From Anthoceros angustus (Eukaryota; Plantae; Anthocerotophyta): a stretch of 64,000 nucleotides of DNA. How positions within the stretch are numbered: position 1 is the first letter of the stretch; the number at the start of each line of letters is the position of its first letter. The translations under genes were made by a program, and so were the position numbers. This document shows, one piece after another, positions 39,425-52,000 of the stretch. The notes under the pieces were generated by a model. That model saw nothing but the letters and a program-made list of their open reading frames with translations. It did no database searches and was not told the DNA's origin. The stretch lies in assembly GCA_010909165.1 (NCBI GenBank), contig VJWM01000007.1, positions 248,001 to 312,000 on the forward strand. Direction: 5' to 3'.

Positions 39425-40489
39425 TTAATCTATTAATATTGGGTTATTACATTCACCTTCATTTAACTTTCTAATTTCTGTCTTAAAAAGATCTAGTATA
39501 AGTTCTCTAGGATGCTTCACTATCATGTCCATGCCAGTGAACCATGCATGCATCTTTATACCTGGAATAGTAGTACGTAAAGTTGGACTATGGTGTAACA
39601 ATGTAGATAGGAGATGAATACAAGGAGCCGAAAGTTTGTCAATAAGCTGAAGTGCATGCTCGTTAACTCTAAAGACGTTGTCTTGTTGAGTAAATAGATT
39701 ATAGCCAGTTAGCATTTCAAACAAGGTAACTCCGGCAGACCAAATATCGCATGGGGCTCCTTTATACTTCAATTTCAAACGAACCTCAGGAGCCATATAA
39801 ATTTTTGTTCCACAATATTCGTCATACAGCGTACTTGAATCGCCTTTGCAACAAAGTCCGAAGTCTGCAATTTTTAGAACTACCTTTTCATTTAAAAGTA
39901 GATTTCCTGGTTTGATGTCGCGATGAAAAATGCCCTTATCATGACAATATTCCAAACCAAAAATTAATTGACGGAAATAATGTCTAGCAGTGTTTTCATC
40001 CAAGCACCCTTGTTGGGTAGTAAAATGCCACAGAGAATCATTTGACATCAATTCTTGGACTATAAATATTTTTTTGCCCGACATATATGCAGTATGTGTT
40101 TTCACTACATTTGCGTGGTCCAAACCTTTTGCGCAGCCATATTCAAATTCTAACGCATCATTCATATCTTTTTTCTTGACGTTGTGAAATGTCTTAATGG
40201 CTACTGGTTCCTGGGTGACAAGATTGCGTCCAAGCATAACTTGTCCTTGAGCGCCTTTTCCCAATACGGTGTCAGTAAGCTCATATTGGCCAAAGCTCTG
40301 AATCGGGCTCTGAATCGGGCTCTGAATCGGGCTCTGAATCGGGCTCTGAATCGGGCTCTGAATCGGGCTCGACACTTTCAAATATGGAGCTTGCCGGTTG
40401 GCCGTCAGTTGTTGCCGTGTTGTTCTGGAGTTTGCCCGTTGGGTTCTCAACCCACCCGCTGTTGTCGAGCTCGAAGAAAACTTGCCCAT
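39425..40489 (-). CDS. Intronless Ser/Thr protein kinase, CAMK group (SNF1/CIPK-like catalytic domain, no NAF tail), 354 aa
   Basis: LGKGAQGQV, VAIK, HRDIKPGN, DFG, CGTKIYMAPE, DIWSAG all intact in one ORF. Confidence 0.92.
   Translation of the reverse strand: MGKFSSSSTTAGGLRTQRANSRTTRQQLTANRQAPYLKVSSPIQSPIQSPIQSPIQSPIQSPIQSFGQYELTDTVLGKGAQGQVMLGRNLVTQEPVAIKTFHNVKKKDMNDALEFEYGCAKGLDHANVVKTHTAYMSGKKIFIVQELMSNDSLWHFTTQQGCLDENTARHYFRQLIFGLEYCHDKGIFHRDIKPGNLLLNEKVVLKIADFGLCCKGDSSTLYDEYCGTKIYMAPEVRLKLKYKGAPCDIWSAGVTLFEMLTGYNLFTQQDNVFRVNEHALQLIDKLSAPCIHLLSTLLHHSPTLRTTIPGIKMHAWFTGMDMIVKHPRELILDLFKTEIRKLNEGECNNPILID
40295..40370. repeat. Perfect 12-bp coding minisatellite x6 encoding (SPIQ)6
   Basis: (gctctgaatcgg)6. 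Confidence 0.97.
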
Positions 40490-40945
40490 TAGGTTACCAA
40501 TCCACCCGCTACTATCTTGTTAATTGGCTACCGGGATGAGGACGTTTTGTTACGAGTACGTGCAAGAGGCAGGGATAACAAAGGCACTAGTACCAGTGGG
40601 TCAGATAGTCGATAAGGGTTAGGAGTGAATAGGGGCCCCCACTCATTATATAGTCAGGCTCTGAAGATTCATTTTTCGAAATCCAAGGACTGAATGTCCT
40701 TGGGCTGTGGTGAAATGCAATGAAGCCGGCTCGAAGGACAAGGAAACTAGCTCCTTTTTCTTTTGGCAAAAATAATAATAAAACTTCTTCCTTGGTTTTT
40801 GGTAAGGGATAAGAATGCCGGGCCACGGAGTACATAACCAGATAGGCCACAGACCAAGGAAAAAACTCTCCTTGGGCTTTGAAACCATAACATTAATCCT
40901 CATGGATGTCGTGCTGTGGAAACCTTACATCTTATGCCTTTTCTT

Positions 40946-41045
40946 GGCCTCGATGGCGGTGGCTTCACAAGTGTGGGTTCTCAGACTTGAGGATGAGGTT
41001 GACGAAGAGGAAGAGAGAGCTTATGCGGCCGACCTGAATTTGCTT
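40946..41045 (+). repeat. Right copy of diverged ~100-bp direct repeat
   Basis: Aligns with 38724-38820 (both read ..EE.AYAA.LNLL). Confidence 0.85.
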
Positions 41046-41378
41046 CGTTGGTCACCAAACTTGAGTGATTCTCATTTTTGAATGTACATCAGAAGCTGTT
41101 GGCTGGCAGCCAGTCCAAGTCATGGGGCTTGCATGACTTGATAGCGGATACATGACAAGACGGTTTGTTGCGAAGTTCCTTGAAATGGAAGGCTCTTGAT
41201 TTCTGCCACTTGGCGCTGGACGAGGCTGCCAAAAGGCATGCTAACATCCTCCCGGTGAATCCATTTGAGAGCATTCAGCGCTTCCCGCGTCTGCGAGCAG
41301 CGAGCGAATTCTGCGGCGGCAGCGAGTCCGATGGCGATGGTGGCAGGTGTGCGTTCTGTGCGGAGCGGGCAAAATGCC

Positions 41379-43521
41379 ATGGCCGCGCTCTGGCGAGCTA
41401 CATCATGTCGAAGCAGCTGCGTAGCAGCAGGAGCAGCAGGCGGAGCAGCAGCAGATCCGGCGCCTGCAGCAGGAAGCGGCAGCGGCCGCGTTGCATCGAC
41501 ACCGCGCGCTTCCTCTGGATTCCTCAACCGGGAGCTTGCCTTCGCAGCCATCAGCACGGTGGTGGGGGCGGCTGCATTCGCGGCGTGGCAATGGGGGGTG
41601 CGCCTACCCAGCCTCCCCGTCCCACAGTTTGCTCGCTGAAATTGCAACTTGCTGGCTACCTACATTCAGCTGCTTTGCATGCACGCAGACGGCGCCCCAG
41701 CTCAGTTTGTTAGAGGCAGCAGAGCGTTCCGGTACGTCTGTCTTGCTCGTGCTGCTACATGGCAGGTAGCACCTCCCGATCATGACAAGTGAAGCTGCTG
41801 GCTTGCGGCAGCTCTGCATCCGAGCGAGTGGAGGGACTTCAAGTTGGTGCACACTGAAAGAGTTAGTCCCGATACTCGGCTTTACAGGTTAGTGAAGTGG
41901 ATTCGAGGTCGTTACACTCGTCCAATCCAAGACGAGAGTGATGCATCTGAAAGTTGACTACCTACGCAGGTTCGAATTTGACCCCAATGAAAGGCTTGGA
42001 CTCAGCGTTGCATCATGCTTGCTCACCAGGTCAGGGAAGCTTGGCCTCAGTCTGGTTTTTGCTCGACTTTTTGCCTGCAAGTTTCTTAGTTTGTGGCACC
42101 GTGGTGTTCTATTGTCAGAGCTCCAATCGGCACCGGCAAGGATGGAAATCCTTCATTTGTCGTTCGCCCGTAAGTTTCTTAGCTGTTGCTCGAGAGTGAC
42201 TGCTTTGCATGCAAATCGTTACTCCTCCTCCATGTATTGATCTACCTACTGGCTATGTTCAGGTACACTCCTGTCTCGCCTCCAGATTCCAAGGGCTACT
42301 TTGACCTCATTGTGAAGGTCAGTTTGCATGAAATGACCTCCTCTCCTCACACACGGGCTTCTGGGTACTGAGGAACAAGAATGATGATTTGCATGCAGAC
42401 CTATCCTCAAGGTAAAATGAGTCAACACTTTGCTAGCCTTGAAAAGGGCGACACCTTGGAGGTGAAAGGGTGAGGCCAAAGTTCGTGCTTCACCTGATTC
42501 CAGCATATCTCTAGTGACTTCTTGTTCACACAGTTTCCTAGACAACGTGCTCTTCATTCCGAAGTAGGGGATTTCAGCACATATGTTATCGGGTCTTTTC
42601 TGTGTGGCAGGCCTATCCCGAAGCTTCCCTACAGCCCCAACATGAAGAAGCAGATTGGCATGGTGAGCATGATGGAACACCACTTGTCCTTGCCCAGTGG
42701 CATAATGGGAACATAATCAGCTTGCTTTTTTGTTGCAGATCGCTGGCGGAACAGGGATTACCCCTATGAAGCAAATCATTGATGAGATTTTGAAGAATCC
42801 TGACGACAACACGCAGGTCTTTCATGTTGAAGACCTTGATCTGCGTTGCAACTGGTAACCGCTACGCCATCATGGGTTTCCCTTACGCTTGGTGTTGTGT
42901 TTCCCTCAGGTCTTCCTGCTTTATGGGAGTGTATCTCCAGATGACATCTTGCTGAAAGATGAGCTTGATCGTTTAGCCGCCATTCACCCTAACTTCAAGG
43001 TATGCCTAGGCTATATGGAGGCAAATTAGTTTGTGTGACCTCTGGTCTGGGTACTAGTTTTTCACAAACTCCTGTGCTCCGCGAGCCCCTTTGATGCAGG
43101 TTTACTACTATGTGGACAAGGCTGATGATAAGTGGATTGGAGGGAAGGGTTATTTCACTTTGGATGCAATTAAAAAGGGCTTGCCATCTCCAGGAGATGA
43201 TACACTCATCTTGGTACGTCTGATCGTCACGTATTGAACCTACGTCAACTTGCGAGAACGATGATTCGGCTCACTTTTGGATTGGTTTGCAGGTTTGTGG
43301 ACCCCCGGGGATGATGAAGCACGTTTCTGGTGATAAGGCGTCTAACAGATCACAAGGGAAGGTAATCTGGTGAAACGGATTCTGCACGACAGTGTGTCTG
43401 TAAGCGTTGAATCAGCTATGTTTCAACTTCCAACGGCTAAGTTTTGGCGCTGTTGTATGTGAAGTTGTCCGGCCTTTTGGCGGCAGCTGGCTATACCGAA
43501 GACCAGGTGTTCAAGTTCTGA
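41379..43521 (+). CDS. CBR2: NADH-cytochrome b5 reductase, mitochondrial type (CBR2-like), ~13 exons; alternative start 41331
   Basis: VVRP|YTPVS, TYPQGKMSQHF, IAGGTGITPM, VCGPPGMMKHVSGDK, GYTEDQVFKF*. Confidence 0.93.
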
Positions 43522-44449
43522 GTAGCGGATCACTACATTTTTGTTTCAAGAGGTGTAGCCCTAGTTCTTATCAACCCGAGAACGAGGGGACGGGCTGTGT
43601 TCTGGGATGAAATTTGCTGGAAATTGATTGTGTGTCCTTTGGGTACGATTTAATAAAAATGAAGAGTCCAAAATGTATGACTAGCAATCTCCAAGCGGAG
43701 CTTTTTCCTTTCCAACAAGCTATGAAACAATCATTCTAACACGAGGTGAAACTTGTGTGATGATCGAAGAATTGGAGTGCATTCAACGTGTTGTCTTTCC
43801 ATAGAGTCTATGTCACCGTGAGTTTCTTTCTGTCCGTGCACTGTGAGATAGGTTCATTCGGTCGAAGTCATCTACCGTGAGTCAGGTTCATTTGTTCAAA
43901 GTCATCTACCATGAGTCTGCTTCTTTTACCTTGTGAGATTGATTATCAGCAAGCAAGTACGAGAGACCATCACGCTGTAACTACAGAAGACAGATTGAAA
44001 ATTGGAGTTCTTCGGTTTAATGTCGACATCTTTGCCGATTATTCTTATTGAAAGCATGAGCGGATCCATCCAGCTCAGTACGAGGAATCCAACTGTGAAT
44101 CGAATCAGAGTTTTCAAGGTGAAGAACTGCCCGCAAATCGTCTAGATATGTTAGGACCTACTCAAATTGATAGTTCCGGGATGAATCTGCGATTCAGCTA
44201 AGACACTGCATGCAGCAAAATCACAGTCGAGGGATGACAAGGTATCAATAAAGAATGGATCTTACACTGATGTACAGGAATATACAACTCAATTATTGCA
44301 GTTTAAGGATTTTCCTCACAGCACCGTTGTCTATCACCATTTCGACGAGGGTATCCACTGTCCACGATCACGGAACCATACTTTGTGTATCAATACTGGG
44401 ACAGACACTTCAAAGAAGATTCACGTCAGCAACATCCCTGAAGAACTGC

Positions 44450-45556
44450 CTAATCGCTTTGCAAGCCCCTCAAAATCTGGAGCAGCGATAGAAACAGGTT
44501 GATGACGTCCAGATAGAGTGCCACTGATGCCCATATGTACTCGTCAACAGAATAGCGTTTTATCAACTCATCGGTGTCGTACACGATATACCCGGAGAAT
44601 ATTAGAGCGCCCAATCCACCGTATATTGTCTGTGACACAGGCCCCAGGGGGAAGAAGATCTGTACAGAATTACCATAATTAGGGCCCAAAGTTAGCCAGC
44701 TAGCGTCCCTTATGACCTGTTCCAGGACAAGAGCACATAGCCAGGAACATACCTGAATGAAACCGAACAAAATGAGGACCATGAGGCTTGAGAACAACAT
44801 AGGTCCTAGAAAGCTGAAGTCGTAACCCCTCTTAGACGCCCAATACGTGTAGCCGGTGAGAGACACAACTATCGTGGTAGTCAATAACAGTGCCTCAAGT
44901 ACAATCGTCCCTGCGGAGCACATGCAGATATCTCCATCAGACTAACCCCGGTTTCAGACGATACAGCACTACCACGGGACACACCTAAACACAGAGAAGG
45001 GCATAAATCCTAACCTGAAGTGAAAGCACAAGACAGCCCGACACTCAGGCTGATGCACACGGTGAAAATCCCCAACAGCACTAGGTTTACGGGATGCCTC
45101 TGGTGATAGTAATAGAGAGGACATAGCACTGTCACACCAAGGAGCAGACGAATCAGCACCAGCAACACAGGTATACGTCGGCTAACAGGAAGAGCGAAAG
45201 GAGTGAAAGTGCAACATCAGTAAGCGGCCAGCGGCAAGCAACAAGCACCGGCAGCAACAGAAGAGTAGAGACTAGGCCAGCCGGAACTTACTGATGAAAG
45301 AGGACAATGCTACGGCTAGCAAGACGAAAGGGTTGTCCCTGAAGAAGATTTGGATTGGTCTGTAGAAGAAGACAACGGCTCCCACAATTAACGTGAGAGC
45401 GAGCTGCGTGCTCAGTATTCCATACACCTTCCGAATGAGACCCCATCTCAGATTGCTTTCTTCAGGTGAGATGCCCGGGTAAAGCACTGATTGCCCAAAT
45501 CCGCTCTCTATGTCCCCATAGGTCGGCTTGTAGGAGGAATCCACAGATCCATACAT
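44450..45556 (-). CDS. Bax inhibitor-1 family / Lifeguard (LFG)-like membrane protein, 4 exons
   Basis: LRWGLIRKVYGILSTQL, HPVNLVLLGIFT, YDFSFLGPMLF, YIVYDT...DEYIWASVALYLDVINLFL. Confidence 0.95.
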
Positions 45557-46024
45557 GGTTGCAAGCTCCGCGTCGCCAAGGAATGATGAATTTCACGACG
45601 GTCCGTTAGCTGTATGAGTCGTCGATCACAACCTAGCGATGAGAACGAGCGGCGTGTTTGCCAAGCCTAGACGCAAACTTTGGTGCGGTGGGGAAGCTTC
45701 TTGAAGACGAAGTTTCTACACGGGGCAATGAGGCACTTTCTAAAAATCTTATTCGGCAACGCGTAGCTGCCAGCAGAGCAGAGCCTTGTCCTGCGTGGAG
45801 CAGCCTTGCACACGCACGCAAGCCGCCTGGTCGTGGCTTGCGTGCCCGGCCTGGGCCTGTCAACCGTGCCCGCCACGCTCCAGTTTGCCGCGTGCCGCCC
45901 GGTAGATCGACTATTCTCAATCAGTAGCGTTCTGGCTTGCGTCTCGAACTCGCAAGTTCAGGTCCGCCCTTCCTTTCCTCGCGAGCTTGCGACGGCTTCA
46001 GAGCTTGGAGCGAGTCTGGTCGAG

Positions 46025-49008
46025 ATGGCGGTATCCACGTCTCGCATCAATTTGTATGCACTGCGGCAATCTGGCGATGTCCTGCCGAACAGTTATCACA
46101 GGTGCTGCGTCACGGCCAGCCGCAATCAGCTTCCTTTAAAACCTGCACGCCCGCTCGTATTCCCCCTTCGCAAGAAACGTTGCTCGGAAGAAAGCGTGAG
46201 TGTCTGGCTATATCCTGCGTGCTCGAATTCCCTCACACTGCTCTGTCCTTGCGTGCTAGAATTGGCCCAGACTGCGCTCTGATCTCATCTGCCTCCGCGC
46301 ATTCTCAGGGATTTCTTGCAGGCGATGTTCGTCAGGCACCTGCCAGGGAGCTACTCCGTCGCCATGACGAGCTCAAGGTCTTGGCAGGTTCGACTTACTG
46401 GAGCCACGGTTTCGATCCAGAAAGTGGTCCTTCTTTATTTCGTGTCAGCAAGTAGGGGTATGTTGAAACGCAATTGTTCCGGACACGGATGCAGCTGCTG
46501 CACCAGGTTCTGAAGCGAGTTTAGCGGGAGATTCCAAGTCCATGGAGGATTTTACTAGAAACACGGCGACGGGATTTGAACCGGTCATTGATATGCCAGA
46601 GACAGTCGACCAGGCGTCCCGGGTTTCTGAGAAACGTACAGCTACTATTACGTACGCAAGCCTCTGCTCTCTGTTGTGGGGGAGGGGGTGAATTATTGGA
46701 GGGAAGAGCAATTTAGGGTCGGATACACCGTAGCTTTGCACCAAGTACCTTTTTCTGTTCAGGAAGCTGGTAGTGTTCGTTCTTATAGTCAGCAATTTCC
46801 CAAATTGGTGTGCAGGGTTCATGGCGTTGGGAATGACAACGATGTGAGGAGGCGAGTATTATGCTATGCCCTCATATTGCAAACTGCTGGTGCCAGTCCA
46901 GCTCACCACATCTTTTCTTGTTTCTACTCGATGCGCAGGCTAAATGCTCTACTTAGGGAGCTGGAGGGAATTGAAGATGCATGGATCGGACCTTTCATAG
47001 AAGGCGGACTTCGAGGGGGTTCTGTGACGCTGCAGATTGAAGCTCAAAAGAGACTTCCTCTGACGGCTGTTCTGAAGGACATACATGCCTTGGATGATGA
47101 TCTTCTTGTACTACCTTATAAATACAACTCGTGGTCATGGAAGTAAGTCCCTTTGCTTAGTCGTGTAGCGTCTTCTCGTCCGTGGTTGACAGATCTTTGA
47201 CCTTTTGGCATTTAAGGGGTGAGCGTTACATTGCAGAGGTCACAAGATCAAGTTTGCAGTTGCCGGATGTGGGAAACCCATTGTTCTTGTTCATGGTTTC
47301 GGTAGGTCCCTCTTCTCGTCTTTTTAGGAAACTTGGTTATCTGCTTGTAGGCTAATTTAGTCTTGCCAATCATCAGGAGGTAATGCAGGCCACTTTTCAA
47401 GGTTAATTTCATACCTCGCGGACGAGTATAGAGTGTATGCGGTAGATCTGTTGGGTTTCGGGAACTCAGATAAACCCAGTAATGTTGAGTACGGCCCAGA
47501 GCTGTGGGCGGACCTAATCTGTGGTAAGCACTTCTGTCCTGTGCTCCCTGTGGCCTTTTTACCCTCAGCTTTGACCTCTGCCCATAGCTGAGGGTGTTCT
47601 CGGATCTGGGATGGTGGGCTCTCAGACTTTGTGAAAGAGTTTAGCCCAGGGGGTGTAGTGCTGGTTGGGAACTCGATAGGATCGTTGACAGCGCTTGCTG
47701 CTGCTGCAAAAGGTGGCAGGAATGCAATAAGGTATTGCAGCAGCTGGAACTTTTATATTTACAATGCAGATTCGTGCCTGGTGTCGAACAGGATTGCTAG
47801 CAAGATGATACTGTGGCTTGTGGATTTCCCCTGCAGCCTGAGCTATTGATTGCCTGATGTTGCAGGGGGTTGGTACTATTGAACTGTGCGGGTGCTATGA
47901 ATAGAAAAGGCTTGACGCAGGATGATGCTCTGCTCCAATTTCTATCTCCTATATTTGTGGCTGTGGAGTATCTTTTACAACGTCCACGGATAGCCAATTT
48001 CTTGTTTGATAAGTGAGTTTGAGCCATGGCTATTTCCAGGTTTGATGGAACTTCACTTTTTTTCCAAAATCTGGCTTGCATCACAAGAGTCAGCGAGCAA
48101 TATCAGCGGGTGACCCTCACCTGGATTGGTGACGGCCACTGGTTAATACTGATTAGCTGACCTCTTGTAATACAATCATACAATTTTTTTCTGTCTTCCT
48201 TTCTTGCTTTTCTGGCACTCTTGTGTGCATTGCTTCCAGGTCAAGGACTCTAATTTTCTAGTGGCGCAACATCCATGCACTATTTGGCAGGTTCAGAAGT
48301 AAGGAGAATGTGAGGAAGATCCTGCGACAGCAGGCATATTGTAATGAGGCAGCTGTGACCAGCCAACTGGTAGGATGTTGTGAGCACATTCCATGCTCTT
48401 GAGTGGAGAAGTTATTCTATTATCATAGAGAACTTGACTCAAGTACTTTCCGGAGCATGGGAACCTTCTGAGATCAGTGGAAGTGGGAAACGTACTTAGA
48501 CGGCTCAGTGGTGTGTGTCATCAGGTTGACATTCTGCACCACCCATCGACAGATTCTGGAGCTCTCGATGTGTTTGTGAAAGTCTTTACTGGAGAGCCTG
48601 GTATGGTCTTGTGTAGCTGGACCTGTGCAGGAAGGCTAGTGTTCGCTGGTTTTACTACTATGATGATGGATACTATCTTGCCTTGCAGGTCCACGACCCG
48701 AAGTGCTAATGCCGCAAATAGAGGTGCCACTGCTTCTTCTGTGGGGTGAAAAGGATCGGTGGACCCCTCCGAATGGCCCGGTAAGACATTGGTCGTCTGA
48801 GCACTTTGCGGATCTGGAGGACTTGTGTCTCAAACCGTAGAGTTCTGTGCAGGTTGCGAACTACTTCAGGAAGTTAGCTGTCGAACGAGACAACGTGCAG
48901 GTGCATGTGCTTCCGGATGTGGGTCACTGCCCACATGATGACAGGCCAGAACTGGCTGCAGCTCAGATACTTCCTTTTCTTGAAACCGTGAACTGGGACA
49001 ACTTGTGA
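46025..49008 (+). CDS. Putative plastid alpha/beta-hydrolase (pheophytinase-like family) with N-terminal HMA-like domain, multi-exon
   Basis: WKGHKIKFAVAGCGKPIVLVHGFGG, VYAVDLLGFGNSDKP, LVGNSIG nucleophile, LLLWGEKDRWTP, VGHCPHDDRP; stop TGA 49008. Confidence 0.9.
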
Positions 49009-52000
49009 GTTGTTAACAGCTTGCAGGAAACGCAGTTCCATCCTGCAGTGTACTGTAATCATGTAGGATAGAATGTGTATGTTCATAGCTTTGGTGGTAA
49101 GGTCGCGTGGGATTCAGATCTCCTGAAGCACCTAGTCTTTCAAACGGGTGCTCAGAGTGTAAAATTCCGGGCATCGACATTGTTAAGTCACTGATTTAAT
49201 TTAAACGCACTCTTTGGGCTTAGCCTGCGTCCGTATGTATGTACATCTAAAATCAAGCAGATTCAAACAAGAGATTTTTGTGTAGTAGGGAATCCCGTTC
49301 GCAGTAAGTAAGAAGCTACCTACCGCACCGATTATGTCGTGCTCCGAGATCAGGAAAGGACTACCTACAACCGGTGGTCTGAGATGAGGAAAGGACTACC
49401 TACAACTGGTGTCGATGAACTAGGTCTCTTGCGCTGGTTGTTGGTGTGTACATAGCATACTAGTATTAGAGACTATGTAAGAAGTATATAATGGGGGAGA
49501 CTATATGTAGAAAGAAAAGAGAGAGAAAAAACACCATCTACACCGAAAAAAAAAGGGGGTCAACCCAACAGAGGGTTCCAGGCCAAGGGGGACTAACTCC
49601 TACGATTGCTTTTCTCAAAACTACCCACCACCCTAAGAATCTCTTGATCGGGGATAACAAAGGGCCTACCCACCACCGTCACCGAAGAAGCCGCCTCCCT
49701 TTCGCTAGTCGTCGTCCTGTACATCGCATTTGCCAACGCCCTCTGCAAGGCGATGGACACCCGTTGACTAATGAAATACACACTACAAGAAAGGGGGAGA
49801 CCAACCCCATTCTTGCGATCGTGGTAAGCCTTAGCACAGGCCTTGAGGAACTTTGAAAAGTCCCAACCCATGGCCCCGTGAGTCTCGATGGCGAGGTAGA
49901 TAAAAATGTGGCCGTTCTGCATACGAGAGTACTTGTGGACCTTGGCCGTCTCGCAGCCTTCCGCCGCCCAACCCGGGGGTTTGAGGATAACGTGCTCATA
50001 GACATTGTCCCGAGTGGGGTTCGTTACAACCACATCAGCGACAGAAACCTGGTCCCCCGGGTCAAGAAAAGGTCAGCCTTGAGAGACACACCATTGAGCA
50101 AGGTGTAGGGACGCTTCCTTTTGAGAAAAAAGTTGCCCTCCTTGGCCACTGAGAACATGACGTCCGGATGGCATCATGCATAGCAATGTAATGCACGGAG
50201 ACAATAGGGAATGGGCCAGATGGGCCCCAAGGTCATCGAGGGAAGCCGCACAACTGCAAGTAGAGAGAGAATAGGTCAAAGGGTGGACCAGACCTAGGCA
50301 AAAATGCATCGCGGTAGAAAAGGTTCCTGGTACAATGCGGAAAGCCTGGATACTGGGACGAGCCAGAAGCTAGGAACCTCTTCCCTTCCCCGAGCAAGAG
50401 CAAAGCTGAGCACGGGTGGGCCTGGGAATGGAGGAATCACGAAGAAGGCCCAATTACGCCTACTTATAATGCTTCTTTAGGAGCGACTCTTGAAGCTTCC
50501 CCATCCCAACCTCGGGGAGGGAGGAGAAAAGAGGCATTCCTAGCCTCAGAAGGATAAAGATCCTCAGGCTGTCCTTAAGGACGCCCGCAGGGGAAATACC
50601 CCTCCTCAAGCCCCAAGACGAACGCCTCCAAAATGCGCGAGTTCCGAATTAAGAATCGGGAGGCCAGGATGGGGGTAGAGAGGGCCCATCGTTGAATCAG
50701 TTGCTTTCCCTAAAAAAGCAACTGGCACAGAGACCTCCGTGGCAAGTAGACCAATGCCCCCAAAAGCGACGGGAAGGGAAGCCTTCTGCCTGACCAGATC
50801 CCCAGTGGGGCACTCAAAAGTGCCCGGGCTAATGATGTCGCCCAAAGCCTGCAAAATCTCCTTGTCGAAGGCTTCCAGACAGGACAAGAAAGCCGGGGAA
50901 GGAAGTACTCCTGTATGAAAGCTAAGGGCCCCACCGGGACTCCAAAAACCCGGAGCCCCTACGCAGAAAATATATCCCTCTCTGGATACTGAAGAGGAGG
51001 CGGAGCACCCAAAGGCCAGACCTTGCATTTTATGATCTTGACCTTCAAGCCAAGCCAGGAGAGCTCTAAGGAGACAATGCTCTGAAATACGCCATAGTGA
51101 CGAGCACTCCCTTAAAGGGTCACTGCCCACATGATGACAGGCCAGAACTGGCTGCAGCTCAGATACTTCCTTTTCTTGAAACCGTGAACTGGGACAACTT
51201 GTGAGTTGTTAACAGCTTGCAGGAAACGCAGTTCCATCCTGCAGTGTACTGTAATCATGTAGGATAGAATGTGTATGTTCATAGCTTTGGTGGTAAGGTC
51301 GCGTGGGATTCAGATCTCCTGAAGCACCTAGTCTTTCAAACGGGTGCTCAGAGTGTAAAATTCCGGGCATCGACATTGTTAAGTCACTGATTTAATTTAA
51401 ACGCACTCTTTGGGCTTAGCCTGCGTCCGTATGTATGTATGTACATCTAAAATCAAGCAGATTCAAACAAGAGATTTTTGTGTAGTAGGGAATCCGTTCG
51501 CAGTAAGTAAGAAGTTACCTACCGCACCGATTATGTCGTGCCTGAGATCAGGAAAGGACTACCTACAACCGGTGGTCTGAGATGAGGAAAGGACTACCTA
51601 CAACTGGTGTCGATGAACTAGGTCTCTTGCGCTGGTTGTTGGTGTGTACATAGCATACTAGTATTAGAGACTATGTAAGAAGTATATAATGGGGGAGACT
51701 ATATGTAGAAAGAAAAGAGAGAGAAAAAACACCATCTACACCGAAAAAAAAAGGGGGTCAACCCAACAGAGGGTTCCAGGCCAAGGGGGACTAACTCCTA
51801 CGATTGCTTTTCTCAAAACTACCCACCACCCTAAGAATCTCTTGATCGGGGATAACAAAGGGCCTACCCACCACACCGAAGCCGCCTCCTTTCGCTAGTC
51901 GTCCCCAGCATCGTACGCCAACGCCTGCAAGGCGATGGACACCCGTTGACTAATGAAATACACACTACAAGAAAGAGGGAGACCAACCCCATTCTTGCGA

